The notes under the pieces were generated by a model. It worked only from the letters and a program-made list of their open reading frames with translations, was not told the DNA's origin and did no database searches. A stretch of 64,000 bases of DNA from a virus: the IMG/VR virus record IMGVR_UViG_3300027792_000292, positions 67,127-131,126 of that record. The stretch is one strand, 5' to 3'. This document shows, in pieces, positions 37,175 to 48,104 of this stretch (positions are counted from its first letter, which is position 1; each line of letters opens with the position of its first letter). Made by a program: the position numbers and the translations under genes.

Positions 37175-37177
37175 TAT

Positions 37178-38083
37178 ATGAAAATCTATATATGCGTTCC
37201 TAATATATTGAATAATGGCGGTATAAAGGTAGCAGCTCAGTGGACTAAGTTTCTTTGTGACCATGGGTATGATGCTATCCTTGCTAATGGTCCAGGGAAT
37301 CCCTGCATGGGATATTGGAACTTTACAGTTCCTACTTGCAGCTTTGCTCAGATAGAAGACCATCCCGAGAATAAGATAGTGCATAACTGGGGACCAGATA
37401 TTCTTCAGACACAGCGTCTACATCTATCACAGATTTATTACTATGCTCAGGATTGTGCTCAACCTTATTATCCTCTCAATGAGCAGTATATGCCATTGAT
37501 GTTGAAAATGCGATTTATCACAATCGGGCATCATAGTCATTTCTACTACCTATATAATTACAAAGTCCAATCTAAGATGGTGAACAACTTTGTAGACCAG
37601 GAAGTATTTTATCCAAGAGAGAAGATAAAGAATAGGGTATGTTTTCTTAAGCATAGAGAGCACTATATTGAAGGAATCGAAAAGTCTTTTGAATCTCTTG
37701 GTTTTAGTACTGTTGTGGCATGTGGCACCCAACAAGAGGTGGCTGAGATATTGGGGACTGCAGAATACTTTGTGTCTTTTGCACCTGGAATATACGATGG
37801 CTATGAAAAATCTGAGGGATTTCCTCTCCCTCCTGCTGAGGCCATGTCTAGTGGATGTGTTGTTTTTTGTATGGATAGTAATGGCATAAATGAATATGTA
37901 CTTAACAGGGTTAATGCTATTTATCATGGTGGTGGCTTTAATGATGCTGCAACAAAGCTCCTTGAAATAAAGGATAATGAACCCTATAAGAGATGGCTAT
38001 CTGATAATGCCTTTAATACATTCAAATATAGATTCAATAAGGAGAATACGTGGAATCAAATCAAGGCCGCATTGGACTTATGA
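37178..38083 (+). CDS. GT4-like glycosyltransferase
   Basis: GG.KV, EGFPLPPAEAMSSGC. Confidence 0.85.
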   Translation: MKIYICVPNILNNGGIKVAAQWTKFLCDHGYDAILANGPGNPCMGYWNFTVPTCSFAQIEDHPENKIVHNWGPDILQTQRLHLSQIYYYAQDCAQPYYPLNEQYMPLMLKMRFITIGHHSHFYYLYNYKVQSKMVNNFVDQEVFYPREKIKNRVCFLKHREHYIEGIEKSFESLGFSTVVACGTQQEVAEILGTAEYFVSFAPGIYDGYEKSEGFPLPPAEAMSSGCVVFCMDSNGINEYVLNRVNAIYHGGGFNDAATKLLEIKDNEPYKRWLSDNAFNTFKYRFNKENTWNQIKAALDL

Positions 38084-38271
38084 AGTGTGGAGACTGCAAA
38101 CTTTGTGTTTTTAGTGGCGAGGGAGCGCCTGATTTTTGTAGTATTACGGCACATGCCTGTTATGAAGGGACTCCTGATAGCTGCCCTGTAAATAATGGGG
38201 AAATAGACTATGACAAAGAACCCTCTTGGGTAGAGGCGTATGAAGCGGGACTAAAAGAAGATGTCAGATAA
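38080..38271 (+). CDS. Small Cys-rich hypothetical protein
   Basis: CGDC..C...C...C...CP. Confidence 0.4.
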   Translation: MKCGDCKLCVFSGEGAPDFCSITAHACYEGTPDSCPVNNGEIDYDKEPSWVEAYEAGLKEDVR

Positions 38272-38388
38272 AGATATAAGTATAATTCCTAAGGGAGATT
38301 GGGAAGAATCCTGGACTATGCCTCTTTTTGACCAAGTAAAGGAATGCGGGATTAATAATGATGCCAACAATGACGACAAGGAAATGAT

Positions 38389-39444
38389 ATGAGTAAGATA
38401 AAGATAATATACTATACTCATCACTGGGATTATGCCGGAACTGCTCGTGCTCATGAAAATATTGTGTATTCTTTAAATAGGAATATATTTGAACCTTTTA
38501 TAATGTACTGGGATGAGGGTGATAATAGTAGATTACCTGAGATAGGGAAGTTTATGGATAGAGATCACCTAATACCTTTTAAACGTAGCAAAGAGAAAAC
38601 AGGACCTGAATGCGGGTACACTCCTTTATGGACAGATTTTCATGAAGTAGCAAAAAGAGTACGACCTGATATAATTCATTTCTGTCGGTCAGGCTATTAT
38701 GAGTGGCCTTTTAATATGAGGCTTGCTCCTCTTCAGATAGAAACTAATATTTTTGCTGCTACTGACATTTCAGGATACATGGACAAAAGTATTAGTCTTT
38801 GTGATTATAATGCAAAGATTCGTAAAGCTTCAGATGCGATTATCGCCAATCCAGTCCCGGAAGCAAAGCTAAAAGGACCAAACTTTCGAAAAGAATTTAA
38901 TATACCTGAAGATGCTATAGTTTGTGGTCGTATAGGTCGCCCTAGAGGATTCGATCCTATAGCCATAGCAGCATTTAAAAGATTGGTTTATTCTAATCCG
39001 AAAGTCTACTATATTGTTATTGCTCCGTGTGATGAGTTCAAAGCTGAGGCGCGAGGAATACCTAACGTCATCCTTATGCCTCAAACATCTGATGATGTAA
39101 CCATTGAAGCTTTTCATAGGACATTGGATATTTACCTTCATTACAGAATAGATGGTGAGATCCAAAGCACTGCAATAGCACAGGCTATGATGTACGGTAT
39201 CCCAATCATAAGTCATATATCAAAGTTTAATAATGGTCAGATAGAGACTATTTCAGATGGAGGCTTTGTAGCAAGCGATGAAGAGCAGTATTATCAATTT
39301 CTATGCTATCTTGTATCAAATAAAGAAATGAGACAGGAGATAGGTAGAAAGGCAAGATCACATGCTTTAGAAAATTTCGAACAAGAAAAAGTAGTGCGAA
39401 AAATAGAAGACTGTTATATTAGGTGTTTACATCCTTTGATTTGA
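38389..39444 (+). CDS. GT4-like glycosyltransferase
   Basis: GRIGR, GE..S.AI.QAM..GIPII. Confidence 0.85.
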   Translation: MSKIKIIYYTHHWDYAGTARAHENIVYSLNRNIFEPFIMYWDEGDNSRLPEIGKFMDRDHLIPFKRSKEKTGPECGYTPLWTDFHEVAKRVRPDIIHFCRSGYYEWPFNMRLAPLQIETNIFAATDISGYMDKSISLCDYNAKIRKASDAIIANPVPEAKLKGPNFRKEFNIPEDAIVCGRIGRPRGFDPIAIAAFKRLVYSNPKVYYIVIAPCDEFKAEARGIPNVILMPQTSDDVTIEAFHRTLDIYLHYRIDGEIQSTAIAQAMMYGIPIISHISKFNNGQIETISDGGFVASDEEQYYQFLCYLVSNKEMRQEIGRKARSHALENFEQEKVVRKIEDCYIRCLHPLI

Positions 39445-39454
39445 GGTAAAGTAT

Positions 39455-40084
39455 ATGAAATATCATTTAGGTTGTGGTGGGACATATTTAAACGGGTATG
39501 TGAATGTAGATTTTCCTCCAACAGAGCATACTATACAGCAATCGTTAAGAGCAGATATATATGCGGATATTCTAACTATGAATTATCAACCTTGCGAGGA
39601 AATTCGTTCTCGTCATTTCTTTGAGCATTTCAACTATATAGATAGTATGGTATTACTCTATAGATGGACTAAAGCTTTAGATATTGGTGGAAGACTATTT
39701 ATAGACCTCCCAGATATTGATGCTCTATGTAGGGCTATGTTGAACGGGAGTATAGAAAAAAAATTCAGGACTATAAGATATATGTATGGCTCTCATGAAG
39801 CTAAGTGGGCATATCACATAAATGGGTGGTCGTCTGAAACTCTTGAATATACTCTGAGCAGGTTAGGGTATACAATCAAAGAGGTTAGAAAATATGGAGA
39901 CCCAAATAGTGACTTTCCTAATTGTGGGGTAGAAGTTTTTGCAACAGTACAACAAAAAAAGTCAGATGACGAACTTAAACATATTGTAAGGGATATTTTG
40001 TCTTTATATCGTAATGGGGATAATGAGACAGAGAACAATCTTTGGAATATTTTTAACACTCAGTTTTTAGCAAAGGCAAAATAA
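39455..40084 (+). CDS. SAM-dependent methyltransferase
   Basis: HLGCGG..L.GY.NVD, HFFEH, LPD. Confidence 0.8.
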   Translation: MKYHLGCGGTYLNGYVNVDFPPTEHTIQQSLRADIYADILTMNYQPCEEIRSRHFFEHFNYIDSMVLLYRWTKALDIGGRLFIDLPDIDALCRAMLNGSIEKKFRTIRYMYGSHEAKWAYHINGWSSETLEYTLSRLGYTIKEVRKYGDPNSDFPNCGVEVFATVQQKKSDDELKHIVRDILSLYRNGDNETENNLWNIFNTQFLAKAK

Positions 40085-40085
40085 T

Positions 40086-40811
40086 ATGAAAGTATCAATG
40101 GTAATTCCTTGTGCCCCTAAAGATTTTTACAAGCTTTGTAATGTTCTTAATTTTACTGCGAGCTGTTCTAAGAAACCAGATGAAGTTATTCTAGGTATTT
40201 CTCAGATTCATATGTTTCAACAAGATGAACTAGAGAAGGTACAGAAGTTAGGTCCTACCTTATTTAATGAGTTCAAGATAACAGGGGTAGTAGATAAACA
40301 CTGGCCTGGGCCTAATAGACAGCGTGCTTCTGAGGTGGCTACTGGAGATATCATTATTTATCAGGATGCGGATGACCTTCCTCATTTTCAAAGAGTAGAA
40401 CATATAAGTAGATTTTTTGAAGAAATGGATATTGTTCATCTAAATAGTGCCTATTTTCATAGTGCCTTTACTTACGAGCATAGAGTTAACTATGAGGACG
40501 TTAAAACAGTAGAGTCAAATACAATATATAAACGATACTTTCCAAGTGGTGACCTAAAAGAATGTACAAAGGTAACTTGGTCCTATGGGGATAATTTAGG
40601 ATTCAAGTTTCCACTTATACATGTAGGAGCAACTTCCATAAGAAGGTCGGTACTTGAGAAGATTCAGTGGAAAGACGTAAAAGACCTGACTTTATGTGAT
40701 GACCAAGGATTCAAGCACAGAACAGAAGATTACGAGTTCTGTATGAGTTTACTACATACTTTCAACAAGTCTCTTTTAATTGATGCACCCTTATACTATT
40801 ACTATACATGA
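40086..40811 (+). CDS. GT2-like glycosyltransferase
   Basis: VSMVIP, NR...A, QDADD, ED. Confidence 0.8.
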   Translation: MKVSMVIPCAPKDFYKLCNVLNFTASCSKKPDEVILGISQIHMFQQDELEKVQKLGPTLFNEFKITGVVDKHWPGPNRQRASEVATGDIIIYQDADDLPHFQRVEHISRFFEEMDIVHLNSAYFHSAFTYEHRVNYEDVKTVESNTIYKRYFPSGDLKECTKVTWSYGDNLGFKFPLIHVGATSIRRSVLEKIQWKDVKDLTLCDDQGFKHRTEDYEFCMSLLHTFNKSLLIDAPLYYYYT

Positions 40812-40817
40812 GGTAAT

Positions 40818-41606
40818 ATGATTAACATTATTATATTTAGTCGAGATAGAGCATGCCAATTGGATGCTTTATTAAGAAGTTTAAAAGACAATATGAGGAT
40901 ACCTCACAAAATATCTATATTGTATAAAGCTAGTACTGATTCCTATATGGATGGATATAGTAAACTAGTGGCATACAACATTCTTGATTTTTGTACATAT
41001 TACAGTGAAAGTGACTTCAAGAATAATCTCAACTATCTTTATACCCCTACTCCTGAGTATCCTCTTTCAATGTTCTTTGTGGATGACAATATACTAAAAG
41101 AACCTTTAGTGGAGATAGATCTTATAAATGAGTTTTATGGAGATTCAAATGTCTTTGCTCTATCTACCAGATTAGGAAGAAATACTGAATACTGTTATCC
41201 GGTAAGTAGACATACTGGAGTACCAAACATAGTAAACAATCGGTATAATAGGTATGTTAGTGATGGGGATTTTTCTTATGTATGGTCTGTAGATGGTAAC
41301 ATATATAGAACAAGAGACATGCTTAACTGCGTAGAAAAGGGTCAGTATAAAAACCCTAATGAGTTCGAGGGGCATATGGGGGAATATATGGATACTCCTT
41401 CTTTTATGATGTGCTTTGAAAAGTCAAAGACTATCAATATACCATGTAATAGAGTTCAAGATACTTTCCCTAATAGGCACGGTAGTTTATATACTCCAGG
41501 TGACCTTAATGCCTTGTATCTATCTGGTAAGAGGATTAAGCTGCAGCCTATATACGAAATAAATAATAATTCATGTCATTTTGAATACAGGTATGAGTTC
41601 GAATAA
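40818..41606 (+). CDS. GT-A fold glycosyltransferase
   Basis: IIIFSRDRACQL, FVDD, PN.FE, N.VQ. Confidence 0.75.
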   Translation: MINIIIFSRDRACQLDALLRSLKDNMRIPHKISILYKASTDSYMDGYSKLVAYNILDFCTYYSESDFKNNLNYLYTPTPEYPLSMFFVDDNILKEPLVEIDLINEFYGDSNVFALSTRLGRNTEYCYPVSRHTGVPNIVNNRYNRYVSDGDFSYVWSVDGNIYRTRDMLNCVEKGQYKNPNEFEGHMGEYMDTPSFMMCFEKSKTINIPCNRVQDTFPNRHGSLYTPGDLNALYLSGKRIKLQPIYEINNNSCHFEYRYEFE

Positions 41607-41628
41607 GTTAAAATATAAAGGATATATA

Positions 41629-42519
41629 ATGAAAATTATAATTATACAAGAAAAGGGTCGGCACCCTGCAAACTGGATATTCAGAGAAGCTCTTAATCTA
41701 CAAAGAGCTTTTGAGCGCCAAGGACATACCTGTATCGTATGGGGATTAGGATACGCTAATTTCTCTATCCCTTTTGACCAAATATCTCAGGATTGCGATG
41801 CCATTTTACTCATGGAGAACTATGATGGTACTGGTTGGCTTCCAGACCTCTCTAAATGTAACAAGATAAAGCTATTCTGGAGTATAGACTCTCATTGCAT
41901 TTTAGATCATCATATAAACTATTGTAGGCGTTTTGGTATTAATATCCTTTTGAATGCTACTGAGGGATATCTTCCTCAATTCAACGGCTTAGTAGATAAG
42001 GCTTTTTGGTTTCCAAACTGTTATCCCAGTGACCTTATCTATCCTATTCCAAATGCCCAAAGGATATATAACTTAGGTTTTGTAGGTAACTATTGTAATC
42101 GCAAACCTTGGATAGATGAATTGACTCGTAGGTTTGGTATGAAGGCTGTCATATTCCAGACAGATAGTGGGTTGGATTATGGGGCTATAGGAATAGGGAT
42201 GGTTCAATGGTTGAACTCTTTTAAGGTAGGTTTCAATAGAAATATATCAAGTGATATAAATTATCGCACATTTGAGACCCTTGGTTGCAAAACATTATTA
42301 TTTACTAATTATACTTCAGGATTAGAAAAACTCTTCGAAATCGATAAACACTTAATAGTATATAATGACCTATCTGATTTTGAATTAAAATTTAATTATT
42401 ATATAAATAACTGGGAAGTATCTCAAGGTATCATAGATGCAGGATATGAGCATGTAATGAAGAATCATACTTTTGATATAAGAGCAAAGCAAATGGCTGA
42501 GATAATAGAGAGGTTTTAA
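41629..42519 (+). CDS. Glycosyltransferase (Glyco_trans_1_2-like)
   Basis: GFVGN, NYRTFET, HTFDIRA. Confidence 0.8.
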   Translation: MKIIIIQEKGRHPANWIFREALNLQRAFERQGHTCIVWGLGYANFSIPFDQISQDCDAILLMENYDGTGWLPDLSKCNKIKLFWSIDSHCILDHHINYCRRFGINILLNATEGYLPQFNGLVDKAFWFPNCYPSDLIYPIPNAQRIYNLGFVGNYCNRKPWIDELTRRFGMKAVIFQTDSGLDYGAIGIGMVQWLNSFKVGFNRNISSDINYRTFETLGCKTLLFTNYTSGLEKLFEIDKHLIVYNDLSDFELKFNYYINNWEVSQGIIDAGYEHVMKNHTFDIRAKQMAEIIERF

Positions 42520-43337
42520 TGAAAATAGGTCTATTTGTAGGTAATGATAAAGAAGTAAGAGGTCCTTATAAGGTTGCCGCTAACTTATTAGCAGGATTAT
42601 CCAAAATAGGAGTAGAAGTATCTATAGGTAAAACCGAAGAACTTACAGGATGCCTAAGGTCTGGTATTAAGGGATACTATGATCTTCCAAGAGATACTCT
42701 CATGGGACCGAATCTTATTGTTCTTCCTACAGATGATTCTATAATCTGGACTTTATACAAGAACTTTGTAGTACCCTCTGAATGGGTTAAGAATTTGTAC
42801 AAATCATGCTATCTATGCGATGAATCTAATATCTCAGTGTGGTCAGTAGGGATAGATACCGAGAAGTTCAATGACCTAAACAGAAAAAAAGATATAGATT
42901 GCCTAATATATGCAAAAGGAAGAGAAGTAGGAGAACTTGGGAGTCTGCTAGATAAAAACGGGCTATCTAGTGTAGTTCTCACATACGGATTATATAAAGA
43001 AGAACAGCTTATAGAATATACAAAAAGGTGTAAATTCTGTATCCTTCTGACAGGGACTGAAAGTCAGGGGATTGCTTACATGGAGATCCTTTCTTCTGGG
43101 CTTCCTTGTTTTGTTCTTGATACTAAGACATGGCGTGGTGCTCCAGCCACCTCTGTACCGTATTTCTCAGACAGGTGCGGTATGACATGTGGTTCTGATC
43201 CCTGCAAGGATTTTGATGAGTTCTTGATAAACCTTGATAACTATAATCCTCGTCAGTATATAACCGATTACCACACTTTAGAGAAGTCAGCTATGAGATA
43301 TATAGATTTATTGATAGAAGGAAAAGAGCATGTCTAA
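42519..43337 (+). CDS. GT4-like glycosyltransferase
   Basis: GPN, ESQGIAYMEILSSGLP. Confidence 0.75.
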   Translation: MKIGLFVGNDKEVRGPYKVAANLLAGLSKIGVEVSIGKTEELTGCLRSGIKGYYDLPRDTLMGPNLIVLPTDDSIIWTLYKNFVVPSEWVKNLYKSCYLCDESNISVWSVGIDTEKFNDLNRKKDIDCLIYAKGREVGELGSLLDKNGLSSVVLTYGLYKEEQLIEYTKRCKFCILLTGTESQGIAYMEILSSGLPCFVLDTKTWRGAPATSVPYFSDRCGMTCGSDPCKDFDEFLINLDNYNPRQYITDYHTLEKSAMRYIDLLIEGKEHV

Positions 43338-44007
43338 ATATTTAATTACATACATAGATCCTATAGAAAAATATAAAGATACAAGACAGAGGTTATTGGA
43401 TAGCTGTGATGGGGCAGGATTTGATTATATTATTAACTATGATCGTTCACATCTTATGACAACTGAATTCTATTCAGAGCATAAACATATTCTTGACCAA
43501 CCCAGAGGCGCTGGGTATTGGTTATGGAAACCTTTTTATGTGTGGTATACACTTAATCAAGTAAAAGAAAATGACATGGTAATGATTATTGACTCAGATC
43601 ATTTTATTAAGAGCACAGGGATGCTGAATATGATTGATGACCTGATGGACCCTAGAGGAATATTTATTACTCATCTGGATTATCTTACAAATAGAAGATG
43701 GATAAAACGGGACTGTTTTGTTTATACGGGCTGCAATGAAGAAAGCTACTGGGATGGGCATCATGTTGAGGCAGGTAAATGTGCTTATGTAAAAAATGAT
43801 TTTGTTATGGGATTTGTTAAAGAATGGCTAGAAAATTGTAGTAATGAGCACATTATCACAGACCTTCCTAATGTATGCGGAATACCAAATGATCCTGAGT
43901 TTAGTGACCATAGACATGACCAAGCAGTCCTATCTCTTATGGCAATCAAGTATGGTATTAAAACAGTAGATTCTTTAGAACTTTGGAAATATCTCATATA
44001 CACCTAA
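43330..44007 (+). CDS. Glycosyltransferase-like protein
   Basis: RGAGYWLWKP, DSD, HRHDQ. Confidence 0.7.
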   Translation: MSKYLITYIDPIEKYKDTRQRLLDSCDGAGFDYIINYDRSHLMTTEFYSEHKHILDQPRGAGYWLWKPFYVWYTLNQVKENDMVMIIDSDHFIKSTGMLNMIDDLMDPRGIFITHLDYLTNRRWIKRDCFVYTGCNEESYWDGHHVEAGKCAYVKNDFVMGFVKEWLENCSNEHIITDLPNVCGIPNDPEFSDHRHDQAVLSLMAIKYGIKTVDSLELWKYLIYT

Positions 44008-44016
44008 GGAGTTATA

Positions 44017-44640
44017 ATGTACCCAGTATTTGGAGACGTAAAAGATAAGTTAGTGTTTGATTGTGGAGCCAATGTAGGAGAGTTTACTCATTATTTTACA
44101 AGTAGAGGGGCTAGGGTAATTGCTATAGAGCCGCAAGCGGAACTCACAGTGAATAATCCTAAATTTGATGGGGCTATTATTGAGAACGTCTGTATTTCAG
44201 ATACAGAGGGATACTTAAATTTATATGAGTGTGATGCTAATACTATAGCTACATGTAGTACCGATTGGAAAGATAAAGGTAGATTCAAGGGATCACCCTG
44301 GACAAAATCTCGAACAGTTCAATCTACTACATTAGATGCTTTGATACTAAAGTATGGAAAACCAGATATTATTAAGATGGATGTAGAAGGCTTCGAAAAT
44401 GTAGCATTGAGAGGCTTAAGTGAAAGAGTGGGTATCATCTCATTTGAGTTTACTCAAGAGTTTACGGATAAAGCAATAGAATGTCTTACTCGATTAGAGT
44501 TACTTGGTTTTAAACAAATCTATGCATACCCGTGGAATAAGATAGAAAGTCAATTATTTTTTGGTCCATTTTTTGATTCAGCCAAGGCGTACCTCAAACA
44601 ATTACCATCAGGAGATATGGGAGATTTTGTATTGTTATGA
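44017..44640 (+). CDS. FkbM-family methyltransferase
   Basis: DCGANVG, IEP, TLD, KMDVEGFE. Confidence 0.9.
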   Translation: MYPVFGDVKDKLVFDCGANVGEFTHYFTSRGARVIAIEPQAELTVNNPKFDGAIIENVCISDTEGYLNLYECDANTIATCSTDWKDKGRFKGSPWTKSRTVQSTTLDALILKYGKPDIIKMDVEGFENVALRGLSERVGIISFEFTQEFTDKAIECLTRLELLGFKQIYAYPWNKIESQLFFGPFFDSAKAYLKQLPSGDMGDFVLL

Positions 44641-45215
44641 AAATACTATATACGGCTGCTTATAGTCCTGACTGTCAGGATATCAGAAAGTGTGAATATA
44701 GCTGTAGTCTTAAATGGTTTAAAAGTCATGGATATGATCCATATATTGTAGAGTGTTACCAAACGCAAGGACCTTTGGTTTATGAGGAGTACACAAATAA
44801 AGTATTTTATGCCTGCGTAAATAATACTTCTTTAAAAAATAAAGGAGTGAATGAAGCACAGGCTATACTTAAGGCTTTAGATCACTACAAATTTAGTGAT
44901 GATGAGATGATTGTAAAAGTTACTGGTAGGTATCAACCTAGAGAGACTGTCTTTCTTGATATAGCCTCAAACGCCAAAGAAGATGTAGTATGTATGTATA
45001 TAGAGGATCAAATATTTACAGGAGTTGTAGCTCTCAGATGTGGTCTCTTTAGACAGATGCTTAATAGCTTTGATTATAAAGAGATGGAAGAAAAGACAAT
45101 AAATATAGAAAGAAAAGTTGCCAGATATATAGAAAATAATAAGGTATCTGTGCAATGCGTAGGTAAGGTACATTTTTTGTGTAATATAGCTTTTCAAGGA
45201 GATGCCTATTTATGA
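44637..45215 (+). CDS. Glycan-modifying hypothetical protein (KVTGRY family)
   Basis: NKG.NE...KVTGRY motif typical of polysaccharide loci. Confidence 0.55.
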   Translation: MKILYTAAYSPDCQDIRKCEYSCSLKWFKSHGYDPYIVECYQTQGPLVYEEYTNKVFYACVNNTSLKNKGVNEAQAILKALDHYKFSDDEMIVKVTGRYQPRETVFLDIASNAKEDVVCMYIEDQIFTGVVALRCGLFRQMLNSFDYKEMEEKTINIERKVARYIENNKVSVQCVGKVHFLCNIAFQGDAYL

Positions 45216-45865
45216 ATTTAGATAATTTAGCCCTAAAGTATCAAACTGATAAATCAAGCAAAGTACATTATTACACAAGGTGGTATGAAAAGTACTTTGA
45301 TAACATTAGAGATAAAGAGTTGAAGATATTAGAAATCGGAGTGCTACATGGCAGCTCTACAAAAATGTGGGAAGAATATTTTCCTAATTCTGACATCTTT
45401 GGATTAGACATTTTAGATTTAAAGCATTTAGATACTAAAAGACTAACTACTATACAAGGGAGTCAGTCAGATAAATATTTCTTGAGAAAAGTAATAGACC
45501 AATATGGTCCATTTGATATCATTATAGATGATGGTAGCCATAAAGGTTCGGATATGAGAACCTCTTTCGAAGAGCTATTTCCGTTACTTAAAAATGATGG
45601 ATATTACGTTATAGAAGATCTTTGTACAAACTATTTTCAATTTGATGAGCATAGTAGTGCACATAGATTTACAACGGATTTAAAGAACCTGGTTGATAGC
45701 GTGAATGGTAATGGTAAAACATGCTATGGGTGCAAATCAAATGCAATTAAAAACGGAGATGACTATTATCCCAGTAAAGGAGAATTTACCTATATAGAGG
45801 ATGCAATAGAATTCATCCATTTTTATAGAGGTATCTGCTTCATAAAAAAATGGGAAGTAGTATGA
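45212..45865 (+). CDS. Class I SAM methyltransferase (sugar O-methyltransferase-like)
   Basis: TDK...H.Y, LEIGV..G.S, DIIIDDGSH, YVIED. Confidence 0.85.
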   Translation: MNLDNLALKYQTDKSSKVHYYTRWYEKYFDNIRDKELKILEIGVLHGSSTKMWEEYFPNSDIFGLDILDLKHLDTKRLTTIQGSQSDKYFLRKVIDQYGPFDIIIDDGSHKGSDMRTSFEELFPLLKNDGYYVIEDLCTNYFQFDEHSSAHRFTTDLKNLVDSVNGNGKTCYGCKSNAIKNGDDYYPSKGEFTYIEDAIEFIHFYRGICFIKKWEVV

Positions 45866-46632
45866 TAGAGTTTCACCAATCCAAAGAGACTCTGAATAAG
45901 ATCCGTGAAATCATTTCCAAAAAAGAAAAGGGAGCATACTTTCGTTTTGGGGACGGAGATATTAGATTGGCTAACAATATTACGGATCTTATGCAGGACC
46001 CTATACCAGAGCTTGCCGAAGAGATGAGGGAAGCCCTGGCTATTAATCATCCTACTGTTTTAAAGACGCTCCCGCTATATTGTAAAAAGTATGGGGGTTT
46101 AGAAGCCGGGATGTTTCCAGGGAACCACGAATGTCCCGAGGATTGGTGTGAAGATATTATAGCGAAAGCTAAACCATTTTGGGGAGGTGAGATAGAGGAT
46201 GTCTATAGTCATGTAGCTTTGTCACATCTGGCTTGTATAGAGTCGGATTTTGCAGTTTCTTTTTTGAGAGATATAGCGCAGCATGAGACCTTCTTTATAG
46301 GGAACGAAAAGATATCAAATGTTCTGATTGAGAAAATATTCCCTGAAGCCACTTCTTTTGTTCCTACGTACCCGAGAGACTCATACGAAAGAGCTTGTGA
46401 AGACTACCCTGAATGGGTAGATCGCTTAAAAAATAGTTACAAGGAGTACACTCTCATAGTAACCTGTATGGGGTGCTCAGGGAGGGCTATCCAGAAACGA
46501 TTATACAAAGATTTAGACAATGTATTTCTTTTTGATTTTGGTAGTCTTATGGATGCTTTGTGCGGGTGGAATACAAGAGCTTGGATAGAGCTTACAAAAT
46601 TTGATAAAGAGGAATTTTTAAAGAAGCTATGA
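45862..46632 (+). CDS. GT-D fold (DUF1792-like) glycosyltransferase
   Basis: RFGDGD, DFGSLMD motifs. Confidence 0.65.
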   Translation: MIEFHQSKETLNKIREIISKKEKGAYFRFGDGDIRLANNITDLMQDPIPELAEEMREALAINHPTVLKTLPLYCKKYGGLEAGMFPGNHECPEDWCEDIIAKAKPFWGGEIEDVYSHVALSHLACIESDFAVSFLRDIAQHETFFIGNEKISNVLIEKIFPEATSFVPTYPRDSYERACEDYPEWVDRLKNSYKEYTLIVTCMGCSGRAIQKRLYKDLDNVFLFDFGSLMDALCGWNTRAWIELTKFDKEEFLKKL

Positions 46633-47435
46633 TAGTTACTAATATAATAGGTGGGTTAGGTAACCAGCTATTCCAGTATGCCATAGGAAAAGCTTTAGCC
46701 TTAAAAAATAATACTGAACTAAAAATAGATATAAGGGGTTTCAACGGCTATTTCAGAACCTTTCTTTTGGATAAGTTCAATATTAGATTAGACATCGCTT
46801 CTGAAAAAGAGATACAAGCCTGTAGAGTAATACAGGAGAAACAAAGTTTTATACATGATCCTGAAGTACTCTCTTCTGGGGATAACGTATATCTCCAGGG
46901 ATATTGGCAATCAGATAAGTATTTCAAAGACGTAGAAGATATTATAAGAAGAGAACTTAAGCCTATACTAATAGAAGACCCTGGGATGTCATATGTTGAA
47001 GCGCCTAAAAGTACGGACTCCTCTAAATTTGGTAAATGCACCTATGTGGCCATACACTATAGAAGAACGGACTATCTTAACATCGCTGATGTAGCAGGAG
47101 TCTGTAGTGAAGAGTACTATCAGAGGGCTAAGGCATACATATATAGATATACAAAGATGCCTCCAATCTTTTTATATTTTTCTGATGACTCTAATTGGCT
47201 ATTAGAAAATAAAAAAGAATTTGATAAAGACGGTTACATTGTAAATACAGGGGACCCTTTAAAAGATCTAAAACAAATGATAGAATGCGACCACCACATC
47301 ATAGCAAATAGTACGTTTAGTTGGTGGGGAGCGTGGTTAAATAATAAAGATGATAAGATAGTCATAGCGCCAAGGAAGTGGCATAGAAGATTACCGACAC
47401 CTAATATTTACCCAGAGAAATGGAAGGTAATGTGA
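46629..47435 (+). CDS. GT11 alpha-1,2-fucosyltransferase-like
   Basis: GGLGNQLFQYA, GYWQS.KYF, H.RR.DY, FSDD, NSTFSWWGAWL. Confidence 0.9.
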   Translation: MIVTNIIGGLGNQLFQYAIGKALALKNNTELKIDIRGFNGYFRTFLLDKFNIRLDIASEKEIQACRVIQEKQSFIHDPEVLSSGDNVYLQGYWQSDKYFKDVEDIIRRELKPILIEDPGMSYVEAPKSTDSSKFGKCTYVAIHYRRTDYLNIADVAGVCSEEYYQRAKAYIYRYTKMPPIFLYFSDDSNWLLENKKEFDKDGYIVNTGDPLKDLKQMIECDHHIIANSTFSWWGAWLNNKDDKIVIAPRKWHRRLPTPNIYPEKWKVM

Positions 47436-48103
47436 ATTTTACGTTTGGGATAATAACCGATGGTAATAAAGATCTTAGCTTTTTGTTATCCTCTATACAA
47501 AGCCAAATAATCCCTGAATACCAAATAATAATTGTTGGGGGAGATTCCTCATATGAAGGGACAGTTCATATACCATTTGATGAGACTATAAAAAGAGCAT
47601 GGATAACAAGGAAGAAAAACATAATAACAGAGACAGCTAAGTACGACAATATAGTATATCTACATGATTATATAAGTCTAAGAGAGGGTTGGTATCAAGG
47701 ATACCTTAAATTTGGGGATCAATTTGATATCTGTATGAATCCTATAATAAATTATGATGGGACTCGTTTTAGGGATTGGACTCTCTTCCCTACTTTCTTA
47801 CCCCCTGAGTTTCATTCACGTAGGGATTTGCTCCTCCCTTATAACATAACAGGTCTTACTAAATTTCAGTATATCTCAGGAGCTTATTGGGTAGCAAAGA
47901 AGAAGGTGATGCAAGAGTGCCCTCTTAAAGAAGAACTTTGTTGGGGACAAGAGGAAGATTTGGAGTGGAGTAAAAGAGTATTAGGTAGATACCTATATTC
48001 TATTAATATTCACTCTCTTGTTCAGATAACCAAGACAGGTAAAGATCGAGCTTTTTCAGAAGCTCAAGAAGATATTATATCAAATCTTATATCAAGGAAA
48101 TAA
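47420..48103 (+). CDS. GT2-like glycosyltransferase
   Basis: FTFGIIT, WITRKKN, HDY, ED.EWS.R. Confidence 0.7.
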   Translation: MEGNVNFTFGIITDGNKDLSFLLSSIQSQIIPEYQIIIVGGDSSYEGTVHIPFDETIKRAWITRKKNIITETAKYDNIVYLHDYISLREGWYQGYLKFGDQFDICMNPIINYDGTRFRDWTLFPTFLPPEFHSRRDLLLPYNITGLTKFQYISGAYWVAKKKVMQECPLKEELCWGQEEDLEWSKRVLGRYLYSINIHSLVQITKTGKDRAFSEAQEDIISNLISRK

Positions 48104-48104
48104 T